A DNA stretch of 64,000 nt from Macrostomum lignano (GCA_002269645.1 NIVC01001322.1:124001-188000); one strand, 5' to 3'. Positions 25,127 through 37,625 are shown, counted from the first letter of the stretch. Numbers and translations are program-made. Notes: a model not told the origin generated them from the letters alone.

Positions 25127-26814
25127 TTCTAGGAGAGTTCGGAATCAGTTTGGCTTGGAGTAGTATTGAATTTGATGTTTTGGCCTTGCAGAATCAGCAG
25201 GGCCACTTTTAAGGCACCTTTTAGCCCAATTAATAACTGGTTTGAATATGCTGAAGAATTCTTTAATTTTTCGAAATCACTCGAATTTATACAATAGCCT
25301 ACAATACATATGTCTATAGAGGCGTGGCCCCGTACGAACTCTCTATCGAAGCAATGGGTTGGTTTCGTCATCTAAGTCTGTCCAAGTCTGTCCCCAATAC
25401 AAGACTGTGTTAAAGCGATACACTATCTGTTTCTATTGACAGTGAGGATGATACAAGACGGCTTGCCGCACTTTACTTGGTAACCGTACGCGTAAACCAT
25501 GCCATAGCAGATGCTGCTGTACACTTACATCCTCTCCCCTCGAAGCTCCTACGCGCTAAATCAAATATATTGCACACTTTGCATGTTCAACAACCAACCT
25601 TTATTCTGTAACTCTAACCATGTTCAAAATTCAATCCCAGGAGTATAAATTTTCCACACCAGCCACCCCTGGTAATATTCAATAATATTACCAATATTAT
25701 AATATTCAATGGTTGGCAGACTCGTCCTCACAGCGCAGACCCCATCTAGCAAATCTAATAGAGACACTTGTCCTTGCTCTCAGGCAAAATCTTTCCATTT
25801 CTAACCGTCAACGAATTCCAACCCGATCTCTATCGCATTACATTCTGACCGGACAATCAGATATATTCCCAACACAGACCCATATATTGAGCCTGATTTA
25901 ATCATCAACCCTCTTCTCTGATTACATCATCCATACCTCCCCACAGAAGCAGTAAGCAACTAACCTTTTCAATGCACACATGTCGAACGCTGCGAACCTG
26001 GGACAATCTAAGTCTACCAAGACAGCGTCCAACTGCATTGACAATGTCCCTGCTTTTGTCAATACACAGCGTATGAATCAGTGCCCCCTGCGCATGCAAT
26101 TTTCATTGTCAAATAAATACTCACACTCTTATCTTACCCTGCGTCATACTAGAGGTAGTGAAGTCCACCCGCCCATACTTAAATACGTGCTGCTATGCAA
26201 TTCTACCTCTCCGCCACGTCTCTTTTGCCATCTTTTACTCTGAGATCAACTTCGATCCCTCGAAGCAGGAATGAATAACACACTGACCTCTCCATATACA
26301 AGTCATCATAATTAGTTGGATTTCCTACCGACAAATTTGGTTATTGAAAGCTAAATAATAGAAATGCACATTTTTAATTAAAAATTCCATTTTTCACAGT
26401 TTTACGCCTTTAACGTTAAAGTACAGACTTGGTTGATAAAAATCAGTAAATTCATTACTAGAAAGCATAATTTTAGCAGCAAAGTTGTCGCAAATTCTTT
26501 TTGGTTTGAACTGCGGCGATAACCGGCTTTTGCGTACGCTCCACATCCCCTCGCGTGTTTGCATCCCCCCGCCGGCCGGGGGTGGGTTATGCCGTGTTTA
26601 GGGCTGTTTAGCCTCGCTGCCTTGGTTGATGTTGCAGTGCCCGGTGCGTACTCATGCTTTGAGGACTTAGGGTTAGGACCCACAGCTGGAGGGCGAACTA
26701 CAGCAGCCAGGAAAGCAGCATCCGAGCACGTATCGGGTGCTTCATCAGCACTCAGAAGCGGCTGGAGCTGAACAAATCTGAATGTCAGTTGTACCTTTGA
26801 CACTGTTGAGCAGG

Positions 26815-28075
26815 ATATCTACAGATCCATCAATCATCACCGTGCAGGTGTTCAGGCTCAAGTTCGTGAGGAACTACAGACGGGCAGATATTGCGTTTGT
26901 GCCAAGCCAATGATTGTGAGCGCCCTGGGCGCCATTCCCAAGTCGGGTGGGAGCATCCAGCTCATCCATGACTGCGGCCTGCAGCCTCAAGGTCTCGCTG
27001 GCAATGACATGTTCGTTTGCCAATGAAAGCTTCAGTTTTCTTCGGCAGGGGCTCTTGGCAGAAGGCTGCACAACGGTATGTACTCGTACATGTGCAAGGT
27101 GGACCTGAGCCAGGCCTACAGATCTGGCAGCATTCACTCGAGTGACCACTGCCTGAAGTTCACGTTCGAAGGCGATGCTGAGCTGATCTACACGGTGGAC
27201 ACCCGGCAGCCGTTTGGTGCTACGGCATCTGTTAGCAACTTCTTCCAGATTAGTAATGCCATCCGGTTCATGATGCTCAAGCTCATGTTCTAAAACTTCG
27301 GCGTCTGCATGAACGACTTCGGCTTCGCGGGGGTCGCTGACGGATTGCCGGCATTTCTACACGGAGCTGATGCAGCTGATTCAGAGGCTGGGCCTGACTG
27401 TTAACTGGAAGAAGTGTGTGTGCAGCCGACTCAGGAAATGTGCTTCCTGGGCATCCAATTCAATGCTCTGTCAGGACTCATGAGCTTGGCAGGATCCAAA
27501 GTGGAAGAGCTGCGGTCAGCCTTGATCAGTGCTGTGCGATGCGGCGGATCTCCAAGCATGAGCTGCAGAAGCTGGTGGGCAACCTCAACTGGGCCTGACA
27601 GGTGATCGGCAACGGCCGGCCGTTCCTGCGCGCCCTGATCGACCGCGTCGGCAACCTGTCAAGCCCAAAAGATCGGCTGTGGGTGGATGACCAGTTGAAG
27701 ATCATCCTCGGCTGGTGGAAGGTGGCACTGCGGCAGCAGCGAGGTCGTGAGATTTAGCCCACGGGCAGGAGACCAGTTGCCATGGAGACGGACGCCTGCC
27801 TAGTGAGAGCGGCAGCTATTTGCGTGACCGGTTGGTTTTGACTGGTGCTACCTGAAGCAGGATTTTGATGCTGTTGGCATCTCCATCAAGTGCTGCATCA
27901 CAAGGTTGCTGCGGTCAGCTGCACAACTGCCGGGTCGCCGTCTTCCAGGAAGCCCCGGTTTCTGCGGTTGCTGAAACCTGTTACTCTGCTTTGCCTGAAG
28001 CAGAACGTTATTGATACCGTCCATCTTGTGTTTAGCTGATTCCAGCTGTTTGCTGATGCAGCTTCCCGCCTGCCG
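26815..28075 (+). mobile_element. DIRS/Ngaro (tyrosine-recombinase retrotransposon) RT-RNase H remnant
   Basis: VSALGAIPKSGGSIQLIHD, MCKVDLSQAYR, PFGATASVSNF, FLGIQFN, LQKLVGNLNWA, METDAC and LFADAASR across frameshifted segments. Confidence 0.8.
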
Positions 28076-28573
28076 TAAGGAATTGCTGAATTTAGTGTTG
28101 CGAGCCTATGCAACATGTTGTGTCTGCCCGCAAAAGGTTGCCCTTCCACCGCCTCCAGTTGAACTCCAGTTTCCACTTTGCAACTGTGGGTGAGGAAGCG
28201 AGCACTAATATCTAGGAGTATTTTAGGAGTGCATGAAAACTTTATTTGGGCCTGACCGACTTTAAAGTTAAGAAATTTTATGGAATTTGAATGGAATTTG
28301 AATTTTTTATTAGAAGTGACTTTACATATTCTTAAAGAAATACACATGCCAATTGAAGAGATAGGAAAAATTTACTTAGCTACGAGAAAAATTGTGATAT
28401 TTCAAATTCAAAATCGATTTCCTCGTGGCACTATTGACGTAGAACTATCAGGTGTGCCACCCACGTGAGACAAATATTTTTAAGAATTAAAATTCAATTT
28501 TTTCCCATAAAAGAGTTGAAGCCTCGATGTTGCTGAAATACTTTTTATTGAACGATTGAACCAAAAGGCAATC

Positions 28574-29671
28574 ATGCTGTACATTACTTTCAGTGTGATT
28601 CTTCTCGTTGCTGTTAAGGGAGTCTTCGTAGCGAATGGTGAGAGACTCTGTGTTTGTATGAGTTGCTATACTGCGTACATATTAAATATTCGAATTTTTA
28701 CGTAACTAATAATACTGAAGTTTGCGCTTTCTTACCCTTTTACCCATTCTTTGTACTCATTCAACTTTTTGCATTCAAGCTTGAAAACCACTGATTATCA
28801 AGTACCCACTATTGCACTATTAAATTAAATCGCAAGCCGCGACGACGTCTACTGCCTGGGTCTTCTTGCCGCTTTTTTGCTGGCTAAGGCAGATTTTTGT
28901 AGTTTGTTTAAATGCAGTTTTTTATGTAGCTGCGTGAGTATATGACACAGTTGAGTAAATACGTCTCTAATCTATAAAACCATTTCAGAAAACTATGCGG
29001 GTTGCTTTGTGCATCGTTTTAATGATCAGTGGGCGCTAAAATTTTTAGCCAAAACTTCACTAAAATGGCTCCTTACCTCTGTTTGCCCAGTTGTCAAGTT
29101 TTGGAACAAAAGTTTTTTGGAATAACACAAAATCAATGCTTTTGTGGAAACGAACTCCATAGTATTGAAGTGCCTCGCTATCGATGCAATCAAAGATGTA
29201 GTGGAAAACAAGAGACAAGATGTGGTGGTATGAATGTTATGAGCGTCTACTAGGTGACAGGTGTTACCATTCCATTGGTGCCAGGTAAGTTGAGATGTTC
29301 TTACTACATGTAATCTAGTAAATATCAAGTGAGCCGCCAAAAAAATTTGAGTCACGCTCTATGTCGCAATTTTAGCACCGTCAAAAGGATGCTTTTTTTG
29401 GTCCCCTACTGAAAGGGTGCTACATAAAGAAGTAAAAAAGAATTTCCAAGTCATGAACCAAAAAGAATGTGCTTCAAGTTGCTTTAAAATCTACAGAAAA
29501 TTATTTGGTCTAGCAAACGGCAACCGATGCTACTGTGGCAATCAAATAATTAATGGAAATCCGATGGCGAAAAGATTTTGTAACCAGCAATGTCAGAATG
29601 CCCAATACGGACAAAAATGTGGAGGACCACTAGCAATTGAGATATTCGATTTAGTTCCAACAAAATCCTAA
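28574..29671 (+). pseudogene. Secreted double-WSC-domain gene copy 2; frameshift plus premature stop
   Basis: join(28574-28637, 28989-29284, 29376-29671). The WSC1 exon is 296 nt versus 297 in copies 1 and 3 (T-run at 29042-29046). There is also an in-frame TAG at 29251 where copy 1 has AAT. The second WSC exon is intact. Confidence 0.85.
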
Positions 29672-29899
29672 TGTAACTAAATTGGTTCGCGACTGATTGA
29701 ACTGGACTTGACTGAAAATGTAATCCCAATAACTGATAATAAAATGCACTCTTAGCATCACAGAACACAGGTATTCTGTGCTTAGCATTACTTGCGAAGG
29801 CATTGTCCAGAAGACACAGCCTGGCGTAATGACAAACTCAACTGGCCATTATTTCTCTACTTCTCGTCAGATCAAGCCTATCATCAGCTTATTCATTTA

Positions 29900-31060
29900 T
29901 AGTCTATGGCCCAACAGCTTTTTTATTTATAGTCTATGGCCCAACCACCGCCTCTTTACGCAGTTGCACGCACGCAGACTCTTACCCTGAAATAATGACC
30001 GCTTCCGGCACGCTGAAATAATGGCCAGGCTGTGTCTTATAGACAATGACGTTGCGTAGTAGGTAAGGGGCTGAAATAATGGCCATAGACACTCGTGCGC
30101 TACGCGCACTCGTGTTTGGCCATTATTTCAGCCCCTTACCTACTACGCAATCTACCATTATTCCACACTTTTGCGGCCATTATTCCACACTTTTGTCGCT
30201 GTCATTATTCCACACTTTTTATCATGCTTCAATTGGCTGTTTTAAGAGTTATTTTACCATAGACGACTGAGTTGTGTGGCTTAGTTTGACCATAGACAAC
30301 ACTGTGATGAGTGCTGATTTTGCTTGCGTCTTGCAAGAAATCAAGAAAGCGAGTAGTGGGAGAAAAAGCTATTTGTCTTGTCAAACAACTATGGCTATAG
30401 TGCATCTCGTCAAACAGCCGCGCTTATTAATTGAAAAAATCTTCCTGTCGACGACTGAACGAACCGTGCGGCGCTACCTAGGAAGAAAACGCGACCATGC
30501 AGTCTTCAACGCCTCGACGGCTATAAACGATGCCTGAAAGCGGCCAATCGATTCAGTCGAGCAGCCGACAGTCCCAAAGAATCCCAGCTTGGATACTGCG
30601 GTACCAAAGAAGCTCATCAGACGAAGCTCATCAGTCGCATGCCAACTTAACCAAGACGTGCATCTTTCAACTGGTAAGTTCGGCAACTATACTTGAGCAC
30701 CTGTATTTCTCTTTCATAGAAAACATTCAACATAGACCAACTCCTTTTGCAGTGCCAAATCATCAGGCTAAAGTGTCGAGCATCTTTGGAAACTGCGGCT
30801 TTGAGAACTGTGCATGTTTCACTTTGGGTGACAAATTGATTTTTACATTGTCAAATTTCGACTACAAACTGATAAACTGCACTAGCTGTGACATTTATTA
30901 TTAACTCTTTTCGTGTAGCTGGTACTTTAGTTTTAATGATTTTTCCTTTTTGTTCATTTACTTCTTGTTGTTCTGTATTTATTAACAAAAATACTGAGCG
31001 ATGGATTGTTTCAATCCAAATGTCTATGGTACACATCAAAACTGTGGAATAATGGCCAAA
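29900..31060. mobile_element. Crypton-like palindromic element with a degenerate ORF remnant
   Basis: Perfect 34-bp inverted repeat (30052-30085 / 30117-30150) around ACTCGTGCGCTACGCGCACTCGTG, with mirror-placed AATAATG(G/A)CC and GTCTATGG boxes. Downstream ORF debris ends SIFGNCGFENCACF, recalled as resembling Crypton C-termini. Family assignment is unverified. Confidence 0.45.
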
Positions 31061-32776
31061 CTATTTTTTCATTGCGTCTGGGTAAAAGTATAATTACAAT
31101 GGACGTTCTATTTATGGATTGGATCGGGGCAAAATGAGCAAAATCTCAGGTCTGCAAAGCACTTTGACAGGTGCAGGGCCGTCATGGGAGGGACACAGCG
31201 GAAAGGCACAGACACCAATTTCGCTGATCCCTGAACGGCCGACGCGTCGCTTGAGAAAATAATAATTATGTTATTAATAACTTTAAGTTGCATTTCTGAC
31301 GGAAGAGGACTTACTTTCTCTTTTGTTATCAAGCAATGCGCATACAGTCCGTGACGATGAATTTTGTTTTGCCCGTGGCGGTTAAAATATTAAAGCAAAT
31401 GCCATTGATTTGAAAAAGCTAATTCCCGAAAATTCTTTAAAAAATTAAGATAAAAGGAATTAGGTGTGAACTCCTATCTGAGAAAACTATGTCCGTTCGC
31501 AGTTCACAGAAGGATTAGAAACCATTTCCGCTCCCTGGCAGAAAATTCTGACCCAACTGCAGTTTCCAGACCAGAGATGAAAATCTGAAAAGACTCAGAG
31601 ATTCAAAACTATGTACCACTGACGGACTTCACTGAACTGCCTAGCGTAATTGCCTAATCGAGCTCTTCATGGATTAGTGGAATAATCGACGACTCTCACC
31701 TCCCCGGTGTTTCATCGGACGAATGTAGGTTTATTTTTCATCGTGATGAAGCCTTATTATTACTCTATAGCTATCCAAAAAACTTCTCCTAAAATTTCTC
31801 TAAACATTTGAAGATCCACCAACTAACAACTTTAATTTAATTTTTGCCTCGTTTTGTTTGTCGATATTTCCGACAAATTTGTAGAGCAACTTTAGTTGCC
31901 AGGCAACATTGTCTGCACTGGAGACGCACTGCTCACAGCAGGTGCAGGAGACGTAGCTGTTGATGCTGCCCCCTGCACCGAAATACTTGGCTCAGAAGGC
32001 CTTTCTCCGTCTGTATTCAAAGGCTGAACTCCCCTCTTGAAACTTTGCAGCTTACTTGCTAATTAGGCTAGATTTGTTTTACCACCTACAAAGCAGCGGT
32101 TTTAACCCGTATCTAAACCGATACCATTGCCTTCTTATGGCAATGTCACTAGAGGAGACATGCATAGCTCTCCGTACTCTGAGAACGGGTGTACCTTAAA
32201 TGGCGCTTATCCACGATAATTACATAAGACATCAGCGTAATCTGTTTACATCATCTGTTCCTTTTGTCATTAGCATTTATTTCGTAATCAAGACATCATG
32301 TTCTCTACAATTTTTTTCATCAAAAAGTTTTTCCATAATTTTAAAAAGATATAGAGTAATACCAAGTTACCATAAAATAAAAGCAACAGTTTTACAGATA
32401 AAAAGAAAATAAATTAAATATCTTTCAAAAATGCTGAATACAGGAAGAATGTAGTTAAGGAATTCGAAAAATAAATTTAAATAAATTTTTTACTCAAAAT
32501 TCATTTTAGATGAATTCCAATTTCCTAAACCTAACCTTAAATTTTCAAAAAAAAATTAAATTAGCAGAAAACTTTGATCCACTAAAATTCTTTGATTCGA
32601 ATTCTACGTGGTAGTATCAATTTGAAAATATTCCAAGTGACGCAAATTAATAGCTTGTATCAAGAATTTGTATTCGAACTCTATAAAAGAAAGAGAGGTT
32701 CAAGGCTGCCGAATCAAGAAATTCAACGAACACAGATAAGTCTAGTAAAACAAATTCTTGAAGCAAAAAAGCAACC

Positions 32777-34127
32777 ATGCAATTCTCAACTCTGGCTCTG
32801 CTCCTTCTCGTTGCTGTTTCGAGCGTCGTCGGACGTAAGTCTCTATTCTCTAGATTAGTATGAACCTAATTTTATATGTATTTGTATTAAAGTTGTGCCG
32901 GGCTTTGCCTTTAGCTACTTCAATCTACGTCAGTGAGTGCCTACTCGTATTTCCAATGCAAAATTGATATTGATTGATAGATTAACTACTAGGTTAAAGA
33001 CTTTAGCAAATTATTAACTTTTATTACGCATTAATTTACCGTTAGCTTTATAACTTCGCTGTATTTTGCAAGTACAAACAATAACACAGAGTTCCCATCT
33101 TAGTTTAATCTATTATCTAATAATTCTTTACACCTAGACCGCTATGTTGAATAGGTGTACGCATTTATAAAGCAAGCATTCTCCAGCTACTTAGATAGAA
33201 TGCATCTTAATTTGGTCCGTTATACCAGCTAGGTGACATTTTGACTCGACTCGCTGGCTTAACGCGCACTCGTGATCTAGGCGTTGCTGAATTTAGCACA
33301 CTCGCGCCCCCACCCATTAGCCCGAGTTCCGAGCTTCGTCCTACCACTCAAAGTGTATCTGAATTTGAAAAGTAATTAATTTGGGAGACGCACTGGCGTA
33401 CATTTCCTATCAATAATAATTGAATTTGTACCAACCAATTTCAGAAATCAAGTACAAGGGTTGTTATTTTCACCACCAAGGCACCAATGCTCTACTATAT
33501 TTTTTCAAAAATGACTCCAAAATGGAAGCTTCTGTCTGCGTGTTTGAATGCCAAAGTAGTAGAATGAAATATTTTGGATTACAAAGTAACCAATGCTTCT
33601 GTGGCAATGTTCTAAAATCAATTCCTATGTCTGATGATGAGTGCCATAGCCGGTGTCCGGGAAACAAAAGAGAAACTTGTGGTGGCAAATCTAGTATGAG
33701 TGTCTACCATGTGCCATCTGCTATGGTTCCGTTAGTGCCGGGTAAGTATATAACCTTTTCTACGAAACATGCAAATTAGCTGCCTAAAAATACACCGAGT
33801 CACACTTTTGTTGTTCTTTCAGCGACGTCAAGGGGATGCTATGTTTTTGCTTACGGACACAAGTTGCTAAGCATAGAAGTAAATACGAACTTCGAATTCT
33901 TGAGCCAACAAGTGTGTGCTTCTGAGTGCATGGCAAAGGGGATATACTCATTTTTTGGACTAGCGTGGGGCGACCGATGCTTCTGCGGCAATCAAATAAA
34001 TGGAGGAACCGCTTTGCCTTCGAATAAAGGATTTTGTAGAATGCAATGCAAAAACTTCCATTATGGAGAAACTTGCGGTGGCCCTGGGCAAATGGAAATA
34101 TTCGATTTAGTTGCTGTAGCGAACTAA
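32777..34127 (+). CDS. Secreted double-WSC-domain (putative carbohydrate-binding) protein, copy 3, intact
   Basis: join(32777-32834, 32915-32932, 33445-33741, 33823-34127) = 678 nt, 225 aa. Signal peptide MQFSTLALLLLVAVSSVVG and two complete 8-Cys WSC domains. TATAAAA at 32682 and AATAAA near 34208. The 18-nt micro-exon is optional for frame. Confidence 0.88.
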
Positions 34128-34840
34128 ATCGAACTAAACTGGCTGGATCACGACTGGCTAAACTCAACTTGACTGAAAATGCTAAAAATGTAATTCCAAT
34201 AATTGATAAATAAACTAAAAAGTTGAAACGCCATAACCAACGTTAAAGAAAAAAAAGATCTGCATAAAAATGAATAAAATTACTTCTGACTTGTCATTTC
34301 TTCAAATTATACAAGTGTCTTGACACCATTAGGTCCGAGAAAATATGAATTCTTTTATGAAAAAGAAGAGTTAAAGGCACTTAGTAATCAAATAAACCTT
34401 CAAATCACCCGACTGATGTACAGAGACAAAACTTCTGTAGGAATCATTTATATACTAAGACGCAAAGCGGAGGCCCCTTGCGCGCACGCGCTCGCAGAAT
34501 AGGCGGGAGGGGCAGGCAACAGCAGCCTGAGGGGTCAGCTCAAGCGCCTGCAAGTCAGCGATGAGGCAGTCCGAGGCAGTGCGGGCTTGTTGCTCGGTCG
34601 GCCGGAGCAGCATGGCCAGGGCCAAAGGGTCCGTAGGCAGTGGCCCAGCAGCATCTGGCGGCGCCGGCGCAGAATCAGGAATGTAGGAGTCATGGAAGTG
34701 CTGTAAATCGGCTTTATTTAAAAAAATTGTTAATAATTTCCCCAGATTAGCTTTAAAAGTACACACGCTCTTATACCTAGTAAGTTTGTACATAATAATT
34801 TCATATATTTAAGCTAGTAAGTAGCTTTATCATTCTCTCA

Positions 34841-34866
34841 TACGAGGGCTGCCCTGAAAGTTTTGA
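34841..34866 (+). mobile_element. Solo mariner-like terminal inverted repeat
   Basis: TA+CGAGGGCTGCCCTGAAAGTTTT resembles mariner TACGAGGG...AAAGT termini; no partner end found. Confidence 0.35.
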
Positions 34867-35191
34867 AAGTAAAAAAATGAGAACGAGCAGAATCAGAAAC
34901 TGCTACAAACAAAACTTTTTTTGCATTTTGAAGCAGTAATTTTTTTCTTTCTGAATATAGCTAACTTCAATATTGTATATTTTGGTCATTTCATTTAAAA
35001 ATCATACTTGAATAATCATCGTCTGCAATCGCCTCGCACTGATAGTATAATCATTAGCCTTCGAGGCAGCCTTCTCAACACAGTCTCACCCGAATGGGTC
35101 TCTGGTTCACTTTCAGTTGTGTCTGTGCCGGAAACAGGGGTTGGCGCGGCTGGGTGCTTGCTGCCGTGGGCTAACTCACTAACTCCGGAAC

Positions 35192-35485
35192 CCGTAGCAA
35201 CACACTTCTCCCATGGCTTGAGCATCCCGTCATCTCCACCAGTAGCAACACACTTCTCCCATGGCTTGAGCATCCCGTCATCTCCACCCGTAGCAACACA
35301 CTTCTCCCATGGCTTGAGCATCCCGTCATCTCCACCCGTAGCAACACACTTCTCCCATGGCTTGAGCATCCCGTCATTTCCACCAGTAGCAACACACTTC
35401 TCCCATGGCTTGAGCATCCCGTCATTTCCACCCGTAGCAACACACTTCTCCCATGGCTTGAGCATCCCGTCATTTCCACCAGTAG
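35192..35485. repeat. 48-bp tandem repeat, 6 copies
   Basis: CCGTAGCAACACACTTCTCCCATGGCTTGAGCATCCCGTCATCTCCAC; lies just inside the point where BEL gag homology ends. Confidence 0.95.
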
Positions 35486-35599
35486 CTCAGGCAGCTCAGA
35501 CAATCACACAGAAAGGGGGTGGGTGATGCGCGTAAATTTCCTTATCTTTAGCAACTAAGTAAACTTCTTAACCTTCAGACAAAGCAGGGTGGCGGGCAT

Positions 35600-37315
35600 G
35601 TGAGGAAAAGTGCAATGTCGGGTGCACCCGCACTGAGGGCTGAATGGATCGCTCAGCAGTGCAAGTGTACGCCGGCACAACACCACACCACAGCCTCTGC
35701 TGAAGCGGCCCCTGCAGCGGGGCATTCGCACGTCGAACCCAGCGGCCCGCAGCCGGCAACGACAGCCGCCCCGACTATGGATCCTCCCGTTGACTCCTCG
35801 ACCGCGCCAAAATGCGATCGAGCTGTCTCCGTGCGCTGCATCCCGCTGAATTTCTTACTCTGCTCTATCTTCCCTGCTCCTGGCCCATTCTGTGCCGCAA
35901 CTCCATCCACTACCTCCATAGCAACCGTCTGATACTCAGCCTCCCGCAGCAGCCATTGATGAAGAGCGCTGAGCGTGTCATTTCTGCCATTCTCCCCGAC
36001 CCATCGGTGATACCGTGCCAGGGTGTCCGTCGGCAATTTCTTTTGCATCGCGAAGATAAAGCAATCCATTGCTGTCTAGTTTAGCTTCACGACCCGCCTC
36101 CATCAGGTTGATAACCGCTACATCCACCAGATCATCCAGCTTCTTCAACTGAGGCGCGCTCTCCGTCAAAATGGGCCGAAAACGGTCCAGATCCTCCAAC
36201 ACTAGCACCAGACGGCGCCGCTCTCCTCCATATTCTCTCTCCAACCTATCCAGAGCCGCCTTGTACGCAAATTCAGAATGCCCTAAGTTGGCTATTAGCT
36301 TCAGCGCATCGCCCTGCAGACACTGCCTCAGTTGCAATAGCTTGTACACTCGAGAGGAGGGTGCAGCATCTACACACGCGTAAAAGGCCGCCTTCCACCC
36401 CTCGTACTGACGCTTATCACCTGAGAAATTGGGAATCACCACCCGCTGCAATTGCCACCACATGTCCTGACTGACCTGCCTCTCGCTTCTTCTCTCAGCC
36501 TCAATGTACACTCCTGCTGAACGATTGGCTCTCTTAGTTGCCACTGTACACTGGCTGACTGTGAGGTGGCTGGCCTGGGTGCAGAGTTTGATTTTATCGA
36601 TCGCTCGCCTCACCCCCCCCCTTCGTGGGCAGTCCAATCAGCTCTTCCACTCCTGTCTGGCGCAGCGCTTACACCCACCTCAGCCCCAATCGACTGTTCA
36701 GCCAAACCTGAACCTGGGCTAGGCCTTTCACACGGGCTCTCTGCCTTAGTGCTGCCAGTAACAATTTTCAATCGCCTCAGCTCCTCTGCCAACTGCTCAT
36801 GCCGTTGTTGATAGTCTCTCTCTAGCTCTCTCTGCACTTCTTCCAACTCCAGCGCTCTGAGCTCCGCGGCTTGCACTTTTCGCTGCTCTTCCTCACGCCT
36901 CTGCTGTTCTTCAAACTCCGCCAAGCGATCCTGCTCCTCCCTCTCAGCTGCTTTGCTTCTGCTACGATCTTTCCAGAACTCGGTCATCAGACCCACAGTC
37001 TCACCGTAGTCCTTTTCAGCATTCTCCAGCTCCTTGATCGTTTGGCGACGCAGTGGCAGGTCGTCTCCGGCGAAGCTCCAGCAGCTTCTCCAGCTCAGTG
37101 GTCACAGCCTCGAACAGCTTTTCCAAGAAATTCGCTTGCTGTTGTACTTCGGCGCCGTCTTGACCACCAGCAGCGAGTTGTTGCACCAGGCGGTTTCTTC
37201 CATTGGTGAATGCGGCCTTGGCCCTTATCTTTGCGGCCTTCGCGTCAATCAGCTTGCGTTCTTCCTCGTCGGCCGGCGGGTAGTTCGACTCGGTGTCCTC
37301 ACCGTCCTTTTGCAT
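35600..37315 (-). pseudogene. gag: BEL/Pao gag (DUF1759-type), frameshifted
   Basis: ATG right after the PBS. Contains LQRVVIPNFSGDKRQYEGWKAAF...KLLQLRQCLQGDALKLI...AALDRLEREYG and KLPTDTLARYHRW...TLSALHQWL. Confidence 0.88.
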
Positions 37316-37320
37316 TTTTG

Positions 37321-37338
37321 AACCACGCTCTGCTACCA
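37321..37338 (-). other. BEL primer-binding site, tRNA-iMet type
   Basis: TGGTAGCAGAGCGTGGTT, 2 nt after the 5' LTR end; resembles the complement of an initiator-Met tRNA 3' end. Confidence 0.8.
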
Positions 37339-37340
37339 GT

Positions 37341-37625
37341 TGTTAAAGCGTTAAAGCGGATAACTGTTCAGAACAAAAGAATAAGGAAAAAAGTCGGATT
37401 CTTAAAAGTATTTTTCTTGCCTTCAGCACTTCTGCCGGTCTCGCGCAGACACAAAAAAACTTACCAAACTTACCAGAAAATCGCACCTTTTAATTATTAT
37501 TTAAAATTTGGTGGGGTTAACAGAGAGAGGGGGTTGGCTCATTTACATTAAATAAAGAAAAAATACATCTACAGTTAAATAAGTAAAACCCCAAAAATAT
37601 AACAAAAAACTGAACCTCCAGAACA
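37341..37625 (-). repeat. BEL/Pao 5' LTR (285 bp)
   Basis: TG...CA termini; homologous to 17717-18000; followed on the + strand by TGGTG and the resumed 29-bp array. Confidence 0.9.

Noticed and set aside
33138-33154. Possible second micro-exon in WSC copy 3
   Set aside because: 17 nt, frame-breaking with an in-frame TAG and a weak donor.
34455-34793. GC-rich 112-aa - strand ORF
   Set aside because: No recognisable motif or splice support; probably TE debris.
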